A DNA stretch of 64,000 nt, taken from assembly GCA_030753015.1 (NCBI GenBank), contig JASMDC010000009.1, positions 37,758-101,757 of the forward strand, in the 5' to 3' direction. Positions 29,245 to 38,919 of this stretch are shown here, one piece after another (the stretch's first letter is position 1; each line of letters opens with the position of its first letter). The position numbers and the translations under genes were made by a program. The notes beneath the pieces were generated by a model. That model was not told the origin of the DNA, did not search any database, and worked only from the letters and a program-made list of their open reading frames with translations. Source of the DNA: Candidatus Undinarchaeales archaeon. GTDB lineage: Archaea; SpSt-1190; JASMDC01.

Positions 29245-29826
29245 TCAATCATCCGGCTCGGATACATCGAGGTAGACGTAGAACGTGCGCGTCTGGAAGG
29301 CCTTCGTCTCTCCGAGCGCTGTCCAGTTCACGTCCGCATAGAGCCGTTCGAGATGAAACTGGAATGTCATCTGTACGTCGTCCAAGGCATCGTCGCTGCC
29401 CTTCTCCTTCACGATGATCACCCGGGAGGAGTTGAGGGGGATCTCTAGGTGGGCTTTCACCACGGTGTCCTCCACATCGTACGTCGAGGTGAGGTGCACA
29501 GGGTACCGGTAGTTCGTCCCATCGGCCTTCCAGTCCGAGACGTACCGCACCTGGCCTTCCCAGTCTACTGCCTCCGTCTTCAGGGAGGCCTGGAAGAGGA
29601 TGTCAAGTGCTCGCATGTTACGCTCGCGGGAGAAGTCGTCGGAGAGCGTGTCCACCGTGTCCACGGCCGATAGGAGGTTCTCGAACTCGTTGAGCTGGCC
29701 TATGGAGATATCGCCCATGGGCACATGCCGCTGGGTGATGTACATACCGATCATGTGGAGGGACATGATCACGAGCACGCTTGAGACGATGAAGAACTGG
29801 CCTTTGCGGTGTGTAGTGAGCATCAT
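29245..29826 (-). CDS. Class III signal-peptide (pilin-like) protein with DUF2341-like C-terminal domain
   Basis: HRKG|QFFIVSSVLVIMSL prepilin-type cleavage motif; W..YRYPVHL...TFYVYLD. Confidence 0.75.
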   Translation of the reverse strand: MMLTTHRKGQFFIVSSVLVIMSLHMIGMYITQRHVPMGDISIGQLNEFENLLSAVDTVDTLSDDFSRERNMRALDILFQASLKTEAVDWEGQVRYVSDWKADGTNYRYPVHLTSTYDVEDTVVKAHLEIPLNSSRVIIVKEKGSDDALDDVQMTFQFHLERLYADVNWTALGETKAFQTRTFYVYLDVSEPDD

Positions 29827-30389
29827 CAGTGTCGACCTCTCAAGTGGAGCGCATCGGTAGAGAACTCCGCATAGAAATTATAGCCGTTCTGTTCGATGGG
29901 GAAGGTCTGGACGTGATGGGTGGAGGCGTTGAGCGTGATGGTCATGCCGTCAGAGGGGGTCCCGTAATCAAGGAGGGTGATGTTCCCGCTGTTCAGGACC
30001 GTGCGTAGCTGATTGAAGCTCGGTGTCTCGACGAGGATGTGGAACCTGGTCGTGGACGGGTCCCGCAGGATCTGGACGGGGGCGTGGACGGCGCCCGTGA
30101 TCTTCCCCCAGCTCTGGACGGTGCCCTTGACACGGAGACACTCGCCCGCTGGCATGCTCGCATCGAAGGACTGCCACGACTCGACCTTGATGTGTATAAG
30201 CTGGTTCGGCTTCACGGGAATAACCCACTCAGATGGATCTCCCAGAGAGTACCACGAGAGTTCTTCCCCGGTGTCCAGGTAAGTGACATTGACGTACTTG
30301 AGCTTGTAGAATCCCTGGTTCGCTCCGCCGCCGCTGTTGAGCAGGAGCACCAGCGCTGCCAGGACCACAAGGGCGAGAGCGGATCTCAT
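29826..30389 (-). CDS. Hypothetical secreted/membrane-anchored protein
   Basis: N-terminal hydrophobic helix; start and stop overlap both neighbours (translational coupling). Confidence 0.75.
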   Translation of the reverse strand: MRSALALVVLAALVLLLNSGGGANQGFYKLKYVNVTYLDTGEELSWYSLGDPSEWVIPVKPNQLIHIKVESWQSFDASMPAGECLRVKGTVQSWGKITGAVHAPVQILRDPSTTRFHILVETPSFNQLRTVLNSGNITLLDYGTPSDGMTITLNASTHHVQTFPIEQNGYNFYAEFSTDALHLRGRH

Positions 30390-31084
30390 AGCCCCTCACC
30401 TCTCGTCGTCGTGTTGAAGTAGATATAGAAGCGCTGGGGCTGGAACGGCTTGAGCTGGGAGACTGTCCATGTGAAGTTGACCTTCCATGAGCTCTCGGGG
30501 ACGCACTCAGCATGAGGCAACATGCTGTTCTCGGCAACGATACCCGATTTGAGGGTGCAGATGACCTTGTACTCGACAGTGTCACCCTGGGGGACGTCCG
30601 TACCCATCTCCACCATCCATATTTCGGTCGCGAAGTCGGTCGTCAGTGGGAGGGGGATCACCTCATAGACCTGCACCTCGTCCATCGGATAGTTTGCAAC
30701 GACCTCCACTGGGATGCGGTAGGTGAGAGTATTAGTCGCGGGGACCAGGTTCCAGGAGGTGGCCGTGGTATAGGTGATCTCCCCGTTCCAGGAGAACCCG
30801 AGCTCGTTCGCCGTACGTTGCATGAAGAACACATAATCGTTGAGGTTCTGTGTCATGATGTCCGAGCACACGCTGTCCCTGGCCGACGCCTGGGTGCACG
30901 ATGCATCGACGATCTTGGATCCCTGCTGACGGCTGTTCTGGAAGAAGAGGAGGGGCATCAGGGAGAAGTCGTCGCGATTGAGGGGGCGGTGCTCCCTGAT
31001 CATCGACTCCATGACCAGGAGGGCCATGAGGATCGTGATGCAGGAGATGACGTAGAACTGGCCGCGCTCCGACCGGACCGACAT
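30386..31084 (-). CDS. Class III signal-peptide (pilin-like) protein, paralogue of 29245-29826
   Basis: GGAGGTG RBS; SERG|QFYVISCITILMALLVME; W.GEITY, YRIPVEV, RFYIYFN. Confidence 0.75.
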   Translation of the reverse strand: MSVRSERGQFYVISCITILMALLVMESMIREHRPLNRDDFSLMPLLFFQNSRQQGSKIVDASCTQASARDSVCSDIMTQNLNDYVFFMQRTANELGFSWNGEITYTTATSWNLVPATNTLTYRIPVEVVANYPMDEVQVYEVIPLPLTTDFATEIWMVEMGTDVPQGDTVEYKVICTLKSGIVAENSMLPHAECVPESSWKVNFTWTVSQLKPFQPQRFYIYFNTTTRGEGL

Positions 31085-31151
31085 ACACCTCCCACTACCC
31101 ATTGGAGATATCTAGGTCGTGGAGGTATTAAATCCTTTCGCGTGCGGGACC

Positions 31152-31637
31152 TCAAACGGACTCGGTGCGTGTGCACACGCTCGACTCGGTACGCTCGATC
31201 ATGGGTGTCACGGCGAGGTCGATGATATCGTTGTAATCGGCGAACTGTGTTCCCGAGATAGCGAAGATCCGGGTGCTCCCCCCCGCCCATCCTTCGACCG
31301 TCTGTTCGATGAGGAAATCACATTTGTTCCCTGTCACGACCAGGGTCTCGTTAGCGATCCATGATCCCGCGTTGTACTCGAACATAGCTCTCTCGAGCAC
31401 CCGGTGCGGTATCCGGTTCTGCCCTTTGTTGGTGATGGCAAGACATACTGCGCCGGGAAGGGTTCCGCACCTGGCGGTGACGTTGTCCGGGCAGGCATAG
31501 ACCACCCTGCAGCCTAACCTGTAACGAATGTACGCCGAATCACCTGCGGAGGAAGCGTAGACGTGGAGCACGGCCACTATCAGACCTGTGAACACGGCGA
31601 TGGCCACGACCACCATTGCAAGCGTTCGATCGGCCAT
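31152..31637 (-). CDS. Hypothetical membrane-anchored protein (possible pilin-associated)
   Basis: N-terminal TM followed by a small beta-rich domain with LAITNKG; GGAGGG RBS; TTTTTAAG box upstream. Confidence 0.68.
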   Translation of the reverse strand: MADRTLAMVVVAIAVFTGLIVAVLHVYASSAGDSAYIRYRLGCRVVYACPDNVTARCGTLPGAVCLAITNKGQNRIPHRVLERAMFEYNAGSWIANETLVVTGNKCDFLIEQTVEGWAGGSTRIFAISGTQFADYNDIIDLAVTPMIERTESSVCTRTESV

Positions 31638-31681
31638 GGTCCCTCCATATTTATTCGTCGTTCAAGCCTTAAAAACCCTCC

Positions 31682-32848
31682 TCAGGAGTCAGCGCCTTCC
31701 TTGAAGGGATCGTGCACGACGATCTCGTAGGACGGGTTCCCGAGCGCGAGGGTGCGAGCAGCCTGGAGCTGAAAGCGGGGATGCGCCTTCGTCGACGTCC
31801 GGTACACCTCCCCGAACGTGTCCTCACGTATCTTCTTGTCCAGGGCGGAGGACGGTGCTGGCGGACAGGCGTTCACGAGGTCTAGACTGGCGCGGTCGAT
31901 TGCCAAGGGATCGGCGCCTGCGAGGATGCCCAGGTCGGGGACCAGGGCGTTGTCGGAATGAGGGATGCAGTCGCATTGCGGGGTCACGTCCAGCAGCACG
32001 TTGACGTACGTGAACCGTTCAGGCCCTAGGAGATCCAGGACTGCCTTGGCCGCGTCCACCATCTTCACCGACGTGCGTTCCGCAGAGGACCAAGTGACAT
32101 GCACGGCGTGCTCGGGGCACGACTCGGCGCATCCCAGGCACCGCACGCACCTACCGGCGTCGATGGTGTGGTCCTTGCCGATGGCGCCCGTGGGGCACAG
32201 CTTGGAGCAGACATCGCAATCGGAACAACGCTCCGGATCGATGACGGGGAGGTCCTCCTCCAGGTGGATGGCGAACTTCGTGGGCTTTGCCACGCACCCC
32301 ACGCCGATGTTCTTGAGAGCGCCTCCGAATCCACCGAGAGCATGTCCCTTGAAGTGGGCGAGGGACACCACATGGTCCGCCTCGGCGATGGCACGGGCCA
32401 CGTAGACCTCCTTCAGGGCGACACCAGCCACCTCGACACGGACACCATCGATGCCCTTGAGGCCGTCAGCGATCACCAGCGGTGCAGCGCAGGTCTCAGC
32501 GGTGAACCCGTTCTCCTTGGCGATCTCCAGCCGTCCCGTGCCGAAGGAGCGCGGGTAACGCATGCCCAGCCCGGTCGTCTCGGTGACGAAGGGATGAGCT
32601 CCCTTGTCGGCGATGGCAAGGGCGAGGCGGCGAACGTAGAGGGAACGGATGGCCTTGGTGGTCCCACGGTCCCCGAAGTGGGTCTTGATGGCAACTTGGT
32701 CGCCTTCCTCAACCCGGTCGAGGATGCCGCTGGCACCGATGAGGAACGTGAACTTCTCCGCAAGACTGTGTCGGGGGTCGAAGAGGTCGCGCCGGCTCTT
32801 GGAAATCGTGACGCGTGACGTGACGAAATGGAGGGGGACCTTGGTCAT
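31682..32848 (-). CDS. DUF362-family Fe-S protein with 2[4Fe-4S] ferredoxin insert
   Basis: VAIKTHFGDRG, PFVTET, HFKGH..GFGGALKNIGVG, CxxCxxCxxxCP twice, CDC, DPLAIDRAS. True start MTKVP; the ORF-track N-extension is antisense to the next gene. Confidence 0.87.
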   Translation of the reverse strand: MTKVPLHFVTSRVTISKSRRDLFDPRHSLAEKFTFLIGASGILDRVEEGDQVAIKTHFGDRGTTKAIRSLYVRRLALAIADKGAHPFVTETTGLGMRYPRSFGTGRLEIAKENGFTAETCAAPLVIADGLKGIDGVRVEVAGVALKEVYVARAIAEADHVVSLAHFKGHALGGFGGALKNIGVGCVAKPTKFAIHLEEDLPVIDPERCSDCDVCSKLCPTGAIGKDHTIDAGRCVRCLGCAESCPEHAVHVTWSSAERTSVKMVDAAKAVLDLLGPERFTYVNVLLDVTPQCDCIPHSDNALVPDLGILAGADPLAIDRASLDLVNACPPAPSSALDKKIREDTFGEVYRTSTKAHPRFQLQAARTLALGNPSYEIVVHDPFKEGADS

Positions 32849-32911
32849 GGAGCTGGCAGGGCCGCCAAGGTTTAAGTCTTTTGCCGGGCGAAAACCAGCA
32901 AGGTACGCTCC

Positions 32912-34057
32912 ATGTCCATGCTCGACAATGTCCTGGGCAGGAAACGCGAGGAGGAACCACCGCCCCCGCCGCGCAAGCGCGCTGAGGCCCTGGAGCGAAA
33001 GGGACTGTTCGAGCAGGCGGGCGAGGCCTACCTCGAGGCGAACGAACCGCTCAACGCGGGCCACTGCTTTCGCAAGGCAAAGACATGGGACAGGGCGACC
33101 GATGCCTACCGCCAGGCCAACGACTGGATGGCCGCCGCCGAGTGCGAGAAACGAGCCGCTGCCGAGCGGAAGGAATCCGAGCGGAAGGACATGGAGAGCT
33201 TCTGGCGGGAGAGCGCGCTCCAGCACGAGGAGGCGGGTCGATGGGACCTCGCTGCCGAGGCGTTCGAGAAGGTGCGGGAGTGGGAGCGGGCCGCTGAGTG
33301 CTACGAAAAGGCCGAGAACTGGCCTCCTGCTGCCCAGTGCTACCTCAAGTCGGGCCGCCTCGAACCTGCTGCACGGAGCTTCCATCGAGCAGGCCAGCGG
33401 GAGAAGGCCGCAGAGCTCTTCGAGGAAGCAGGTGCCTGGGCCGAGGCGGGTGAGGCCTACGAGTGGCTCGAGGAATGGACCCGTGCCGGTGATTGCTTCG
33501 TCAAGGCGAACGAGTTCGACAATGCCCGGCGAACCTACGCGAAAGGCGAGCGATGGGACCGCCTTGCCAGCGTGGCTTTCAAGGGGGGCGATTTTGATGA
33601 GGGGATCGAGTTCCTGATTAAGGCCAAGCGCAACGACGTCGCCGCCCGTCGTCTCCTTAGGCGCGCTGTGGAGCGACTGGACGAGCCGGAGGACGCTCTC
33701 AAGGACGTGAAGCAGGCCCACTCATGCTACAACATAGTGGGACTGCGTGGTGCGATGCAGCTGCTCGAAGGTGTGATCGGGAAGGATGTAGCTCGTGTGC
33801 ACGAGGGTGCTGCCATCCTCGAGTCGGGCAAGGATTTCGAGCCTAAGGCCGCCAAGGAGTTGCTGGCGTTCGCCAAGAAGACCGCCGATGAGCTCAAAGA
33901 GACCAAGGGTGAGCCTACGAAGGAGAAGACTGGGGACGGAAAGCGGCGCAAGCGCCGTCTCGAGCTCATCGAGGAACTGGTTCGCAAGGGCACGATCAGC
34001 CGTGTTGAGTATGAGCGTCTGAAGAAGAAGCATCTCAAGGAGCTGTTGGACGAATAA
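32912..34057 (+). CDS. Alpha-solenoid (TPR/SNAP-like 13-aa repeat) protein with C-terminal SHOCT-like domain
   Basis: Repeats AAECYEKAENWPP, AAQCYLKSGRLEP, AAELFEEAGAWAE and others; C-terminal LVRKGTISRVEYERLKKK. Confidence 0.8.
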   Translation: MSMLDNVLGRKREEEPPPPPRKRAEALERKGLFEQAGEAYLEANEPLNAGHCFRKAKTWDRATDAYRQANDWMAAAECEKRAAAERKESERKDMESFWRESALQHEEAGRWDLAAEAFEKVREWERAAECYEKAENWPPAAQCYLKSGRLEPAARSFHRAGQREKAAELFEEAGAWAEAGEAYEWLEEWTRAGDCFVKANEFDNARRTYAKGERWDRLASVAFKGGDFDEGIEFLIKAKRNDVAARRLLRRAVERLDEPEDALKDVKQAHSCYNIVGLRGAMQLLEGVIGKDVARVHEGAAILESGKDFEPKAAKELLAFAKKTADELKETKGEPTKEKTGDGKRRKRRLELIEELVRKGTISRVEYERLKKKHLKELLDE

Positions 34058-34111
34058 GGCGCTGGCGCATAGAAAGGTTTTTCCCCTTATAGACCTATGA
34101 GCTGATGGGCG

Positions 34112-36052
34112 ATGATGATGAGGACGACAGGCATTGCTGTAGCAACGCTCATCCTCATCACGACCTGTGGCCTTTGCGCGGACGGACAGGTCGCCAGCCA
34201 AGACATAAACACCCTTGATCATGCTATTGCCTTTCTTTCTCTTCTCGTCGTGTTCGTCCTCCCCGGTCTGCTACTCGCGAGAGCGATGCTCCCCGATGCG
34301 CGGCCGGAGGAATCCCTCGCGCTCGCCCTTGGGAACGCCACGTTCATACTCCCGCACATCTCGCTCACCGGTGCCATGCTTATCGGCACGACCTTCTCTC
34401 CGAGATTCATCATCCTCATAGGCTGCATCGCGTGCATCGCATCCGCCCTCGTGCGCGGACGAGAGGTAGTACCCTCCGTCGGTCACCTCCGGGACCTTCT
34501 CTCCACACCACTCACCCCCGTGTGCATCGTCGTGATGATCGCTGCAGCCGCCCTGTCCGGCGGGCACCCCCTTCAGGCCGAGGGCGCGTACGTGCTGGAG
34601 ATGGAGGGCGGTATCTCTCGCCACCGTCAGACCCTCGACGGATGCGAGCCTCTCGCCCATCTCTCTCTCCCCGAGAACCTAGTCGTCCACGTCGAGCGTC
34701 TCGGTGGGCCTGCCATCCTGGGCGCGTACCATGCGGTGGCCGGGGATGCAGGCCTCGCCATTGCCTTCGGCCTTGCCTTTGCTACATGTCTGGCATCAAT
34801 GTACGCGGCGGGAAGAACGCTTTCGATAAGGCCGATGATCGCCCTTGCGACGTCGCTCCTCGTACTCACCTCCCCGCTCGTCGTCCGTGGCTTCGATGAG
34901 GCCCGGACCATGCACCTTATGTCCGCCCCGGCCGCTTCGCTGGTGCTGTTCCTTGTCATCAGGGCAAGGACGGTGCCGATGCTCATGCTCACGGGCATGG
35001 CCTTCGGTTCCCTGAGTGGTGTGATGCATATCACTGCCCTCATGGCCCCGGTTCTTGCGCTGGCAGTGGCCAGATCACGACACCCGACAAGGGCCGCTCT
35101 CGCCCTTCTATCGGGCCTCGCGCTCACTGCTTTTCCCTGGGTCCTGTGGCATCGGTACGCTTATGACGCCATCCTCGTCCACGAGACCCAGCCCCCCTTG
35201 GGGCAGCTCCTCCTGGGCGGCGAAGACGCAGCGTCCTTCAACGGTATGCTCAACTCGCTCCGCGACCCGGTCCGGACACCAGGGTTCCCTCTCCCATCCT
35301 TCCTCTATCTCCCGTTCTCGTTCCTCGGCTCTCTCGGCGCCCTCCTCTCATCAGCGACGATCCTCGGTCTGGTGCATCTGCCCTCTCGGCACCGTACGAC
35401 ACTTATTCTCTGGCTGGTGCCGTTCCTCCTATTCCTTGGGCTGAACGAGAACTGGGACGGGACCAAGACGTACCTCTCGCTCCCGGCCTTCATAGTCCTG
35501 GCGCTCCCGGCCGGTTACTACCTGAACGACCTCCTCTCTACGGGATCGGCCTTCCCCCGCCGTGCCACCGTCTTCGTCGGCCTGATCACTGCTCTCCTCC
35601 TCCTCCCCCGGGTCCTTCCCGTCCCTGCGTACCCGCTCGATCCACGCTGGACCCTGCGCTTCCCCGGAGAGCCCATCCCCACGAACGACCTCCAGTTCAC
35701 CAGGAGGGAGCTGTTCTCGCCAGGCCTTCTCCCTGATACACGGCTCCTTCCATCGGGCGACCTCACGAGGGACCGGAAGATCCTGGTCCCTGTACACAGT
35801 ATACACTTCACGGGTCTCGGTGATGAAGAATTCATCGATCCGTGCGATCCAGGGCTCCGATGCTACTGGGTTGCGTTCAGGACCATCAGGAATCCGTCCT
35901 CATGGATCGATTCCCCGTGCCATGCAGTTGCCTTCACGTCCCGGTTCAACATGACACATTCACACGTTTGCGTGCTCGAGCGCAGATTGGAAGAGTGCCC
36001 CGTTGATGACACGCTCGCATCCAAGGGCTACATGCGGGACCCTGTCATCTAG
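34112..36052 (+). CDS. Polytopic membrane protein, possibly GT-C (ArnT/PMT-like) glycosyltransferase
   Basis: More than 12 hydrophobic helices with extracellular loops and an FVLPG motif; lies next to deacetylase and S-layer genes. Confidence 0.6.
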   Translation: MMMRTTGIAVATLILITTCGLCADGQVASQDINTLDHAIAFLSLLVVFVLPGLLLARAMLPDARPEESLALALGNATFILPHISLTGAMLIGTTFSPRFIILIGCIACIASALVRGREVVPSVGHLRDLLSTPLTPVCIVVMIAAAALSGGHPLQAEGAYVLEMEGGISRHRQTLDGCEPLAHLSLPENLVVHVERLGGPAILGAYHAVAGDAGLAIAFGLAFATCLASMYAAGRTLSIRPMIALATSLLVLTSPLVVRGFDEARTMHLMSAPAASLVLFLVIRARTVPMLMLTGMAFGSLSGVMHITALMAPVLALAVARSRHPTRAALALLSGLALTAFPWVLWHRYAYDAILVHETQPPLGQLLLGGEDAASFNGMLNSLRDPVRTPGFPLPSFLYLPFSFLGSLGALLSSATILGLVHLPSRHRTTLILWLVPFLLFLGLNENWDGTKTYLSLPAFIVLALPAGYYLNDLLSTGSAFPRRATVFVGLITALLLLPRVLPVPAYPLDPRWTLRFPGEPIPTNDLQFTRRELFSPGLLPDTRLLPSGDLTRDRKILVPVHSIHFTGLGDEEFIDPCDPGLRCYWVAFRTIRNPSSWIDSPCHAVAFTSRFNMTHSHVCVLERRLEECPVDDTLASKGYMRDPVI

Positions 36053-36069
36053 ATGGAGATCCCGTCCCC

Positions 36070-36957
36070 TCACACCTCGTCGAGCTCCTTGTACAGATTC
36101 TGCATCAGCACGATGCGGGCACCTGGCCGCTCCTTGGCCATGCGGATGACATCGCGCAGGAGATTGAGGTTCTCTGGTGTGTGGTGCCACTCGTGGTGGA
36201 GCATGATGCCCACAGCCCCTGCGGTCGAGGCACAGTCATCGATCTCCGCGGCGATCTCATCCCGTGCCTTGAAGGCGAGCGGGTCCCATGTCATGATGTC
36301 GACACAGGTCGAATAGTCCTTTACACGGGGATTCCAGACCAGCCCCTGTGCGTATGTATTGCTCCAGAGCTGACGCTCGATACCAGCATAATGGGTCGAA
36401 TACCCGATGAGGTCGGTCTTCCATACCTCGCCCACAGCCTTGATGTCGAAGGCGCTGAACGGGACGGTGATGATGAGCGAGAAGTCGTCACCGAACTCCT
36501 GGAGCAGGATGCCGTACCCCGAGATGATCTCGTTGATTATATCCACCTGCCGCCGTCGCCCCCTGAACTCGGACCTGTCCCCCACAACCTTTACCTGGTG
36601 GGTGAACCCGTGCTGGTCCAGCTCGATGAGGTCAGGGTGACGTCGCTTCATCTCCTTGAGCCACACGGTGCACTCCGGCGTCAATGCCTTGGGCATGATC
36701 CCCAGGGCGACCGGCACGCCCTCATCAATGAACATCTGGGTGAAATTGACGAGCGCCGGGGTCAGCGATCCCACGTCGTCGTCACGGAAGAAGATGGTGA
36801 CAGGCCGGGAGTGCACGGTCCACCAAGCCCAGGCCCATACGAGGAGCAGGATGATCGAGACAGAACAGACTAGGAGCAGGAGCTTGGAGCGACGCGGACG
36901 ACTCGTGCTCATCCCTTCCTCAGACGACCCCCCCTCTTCCATGACAATCTTCTGCAA
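36070..36957 (-). CDS. Membrane-anchored polysaccharide deacetylase-like protein (DUF2334-like)
   Basis: FFRDDD, QHGFTH, SEF, MLHH motifs after an N-terminal TM; start may be the second Met. Confidence 0.75.
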   Translation of the reverse strand: MQKIVMEEGGSSEEGMSTSRPRRSKLLLLVCSVSIILLLVWAWAWWTVHSRPVTIFFRDDDVGSLTPALVNFTQMFIDEGVPVALGIMPKALTPECTVWLKEMKRRHPDLIELDQHGFTHQVKVVGDRSEFRGRRRQVDIINEIISGYGILLQEFGDDFSLIITVPFSAFDIKAVGEVWKTDLIGYSTHYAGIERQLWSNTYAQGLVWNPRVKDYSTCVDIMTWDPLAFKARDEIAAEIDDCASTAGAVGIMLHHEWHHTPENLNLLRDVIRMAKERPGARIVLMQNLYKELDEV

Positions 36958-36995
36958 GCAAACCTTTTTCTATTATCCGGAGCGGGTTCCTTCCC

Positions 36996-37505
36996 ATGGA
37001 AAGGTTCGTCAGGATCATCGCCGTCCTCTTTCTCATTACCGTGTTCGGCCACGCTACCGATACTCATGTGGAGATCGGCCGCACCGATATCTATGAGGCT
37101 CAAGGCCTGCCGGCCATCAAGGGGGTGGTGATCGGATACAACGCAGCCGTCACCGATTACATCGTGGCCGCGCGAATCGCCGTCCGGCTCACGTCCAAGG
37201 CGTTCATGCGCACCACCGTCCAGCTCTCATGCACCGATGGGGCGCCGCGCGAGGTCGCCCTTATCCTACCGAAGGAGCGTGAGGTCCCACTCTATGCGGA
37301 CATCGACAAGCCCTCCGGACTGGTGGTCGTGGTGGGAGGTCCCCGTGTGAACCAATACTCACCGGATCACCTGCTCGAACGGCTCAAGGACCCGGGGGAT
37401 GCCGTCGTCATCCGAGAGGGCGACCGGATCCATATCGCCGGCTACACCGCCGAGGACACCGTGAACGCCGTGGAGTCGTTCCTGCGGTTCGTCGACCAGG
37501 TCTGA
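36996..37505 (+). CDS. Small S-layer-domain protein
   Basis: VVIGYNAAVTDYIVAARIA, VVVGGPRVN and IAGYTAEDT motifs of Methanococcus-type S-layer N/C domains. Confidence 0.75.
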   Translation: MERFVRIIAVLFLITVFGHATDTHVEIGRTDIYEAQGLPAIKGVVIGYNAAVTDYIVAARIAVRLTSKAFMRTTVQLSCTDGAPREVALILPKEREVPLYADIDKPSGLVVVVGGPRVNQYSPDHLLERLKDPGDAVVIREGDRIHIAGYTAEDTVNAVESFLRFVDQV

Positions 37506-37563
37506 CATCTGCTCCCCACCGAAAAGGATTAAAGGGATGCCCGGTTCGCCCGGGGTGGTTGGA

Positions 37564-38850
37564 ATGCTCGACATCAAGCTCATCCGCGAGAACCCGGACA
37601 TCGTGCGCGCGGACCTGGAGAAGCGCGACGCTGAGGACAAGCTCGATCTCCTGGACGAGCTCATCAACGTGGACCTTGGCTGGCGCAACACACGCACTCA
37701 GCTCACTGAGCTGCAGCACAAGCGCAACGTCATGGCGCGCGAGATCGCCAACCTGAAGCAGGCGAAGAAGGACGCGTCATCCCTGATCGCCGAGATGAAG
37801 GGGATTGGTGCGACCATCAAGGACCTCGAACTGGCAGTGGAGCAGCAGCGCGAGCGCTCCCGCTTCCTGCTGATGTCGCTCCCCAACCTCATGCACGAGA
37901 GCGTTCCCGTAGGCGTGGACGAGACAGAGAACGTCACCGTACGCACATGGGGCGGGACACCGACACCGGACTTCCCCGCCAAGAGCCATGTGGACATCAT
38001 CGCCGACCTGGACGTCGTGGACATCGAGCGAGCAGCGCGCATCGCCGGTGCCCGGTTCTACTATCTCAAGCGCGAGATGGTGCTCATGGACCTCGCGCTA
38101 CAGCGGCTGGCCCTGGAACTTCTGGCCGAGCGAGGATTCATCCTCGTCCAACCGCCGTTCATGATCAGCCGCAAGGCCATGGAGGGAGCCGTGAACCTTG
38201 GCGACTTCGAGGATGTCATCTACAAGATCGAGGGCGAGGACCTATACCTCATCGCCACATCCGAGCACTCCCTGGCCGGCCTGCACATGGGCGAGATTCT
38301 GGAGAAGAAGGACCTACCACTGCGCTACGCCGGACTGTCGGCGTGCTTCCGCAAGGAGGCGGGCGCCCACGGCAAGGATATGAAGGGCATCTTCCGCGTC
38401 CACCAGTTCAACAAGATCGAGCAGTTCGTGTTCGCCCGTCCCGAGGACTCATGGGAGGAGTACGAGAAGCTGATCAAGAACGCCGAGGACCTGTTCAAGA
38501 TGCTGGAGCTGCCGTACCGAGTGGTCAACATCTGCACCGGTGACCTGGGCGGGACAGCGGCCAAGAAGTTCGATCTCGAGTGCTGGATGCCGGCCCAGGA
38601 CACCTACCGCGAGATGGTGTCCTGTTCCAACTGCACCGACTACCAGGCGCGCAAGCTCAACATCCGGTACCGGGAGCAGGCCCACCTCGATACCCAGATG
38701 GTCCACACGCTCAACTCGACGGCGATCGCTACGGGCCGGGCCATGGTCGCCATCATCGAGAACAACCAGCAATCCGACGGCAGTATCAAGGTGCCCGACG
38801 TGCTTGTCCCGTTGATGGGCGGGATTCGCACGATCGGCAAGAAACAGTAG
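37564..38850 (+). CDS. serS: Serine--tRNA ligase
   Basis: MLDIKLIRENP, LIATSEH, FRKEAGAHG, GIFRVHQFNKIEQF, EMVSCSNCTDYQAR, HTLNSTA. Confidence 0.97.
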   Translation: MLDIKLIRENPDIVRADLEKRDAEDKLDLLDELINVDLGWRNTRTQLTELQHKRNVMAREIANLKQAKKDASSLIAEMKGIGATIKDLELAVEQQRERSRFLLMSLPNLMHESVPVGVDETENVTVRTWGGTPTPDFPAKSHVDIIADLDVVDIERAARIAGARFYYLKREMVLMDLALQRLALELLAERGFILVQPPFMISRKAMEGAVNLGDFEDVIYKIEGEDLYLIATSEHSLAGLHMGEILEKKDLPLRYAGLSACFRKEAGAHGKDMKGIFRVHQFNKIEQFVFARPEDSWEEYEKLIKNAEDLFKMLELPYRVVNICTGDLGGTAAKKFDLECWMPAQDTYREMVSCSNCTDYQARKLNIRYREQAHLDTQMVHTLNSTAIATGRAMVAIIENNQQSDGSIKVPDVLVPLMGGIRTIGKKQ

Positions 38851-38919
38851 GAAGATTATGTGCGGGCCCGCCGCCACCTTGGCGTGCCCGCAGCTCTCGC
38901 ATAAGCTGGAAACGTCTCG

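Noticed and set aside
32849-33721. N-terminal 290-aa extension of the DUF362 ORF
   Set aside because: Antisense to the well-supported repeat protein 32912-34057; a TATA box precedes the MTKVP start
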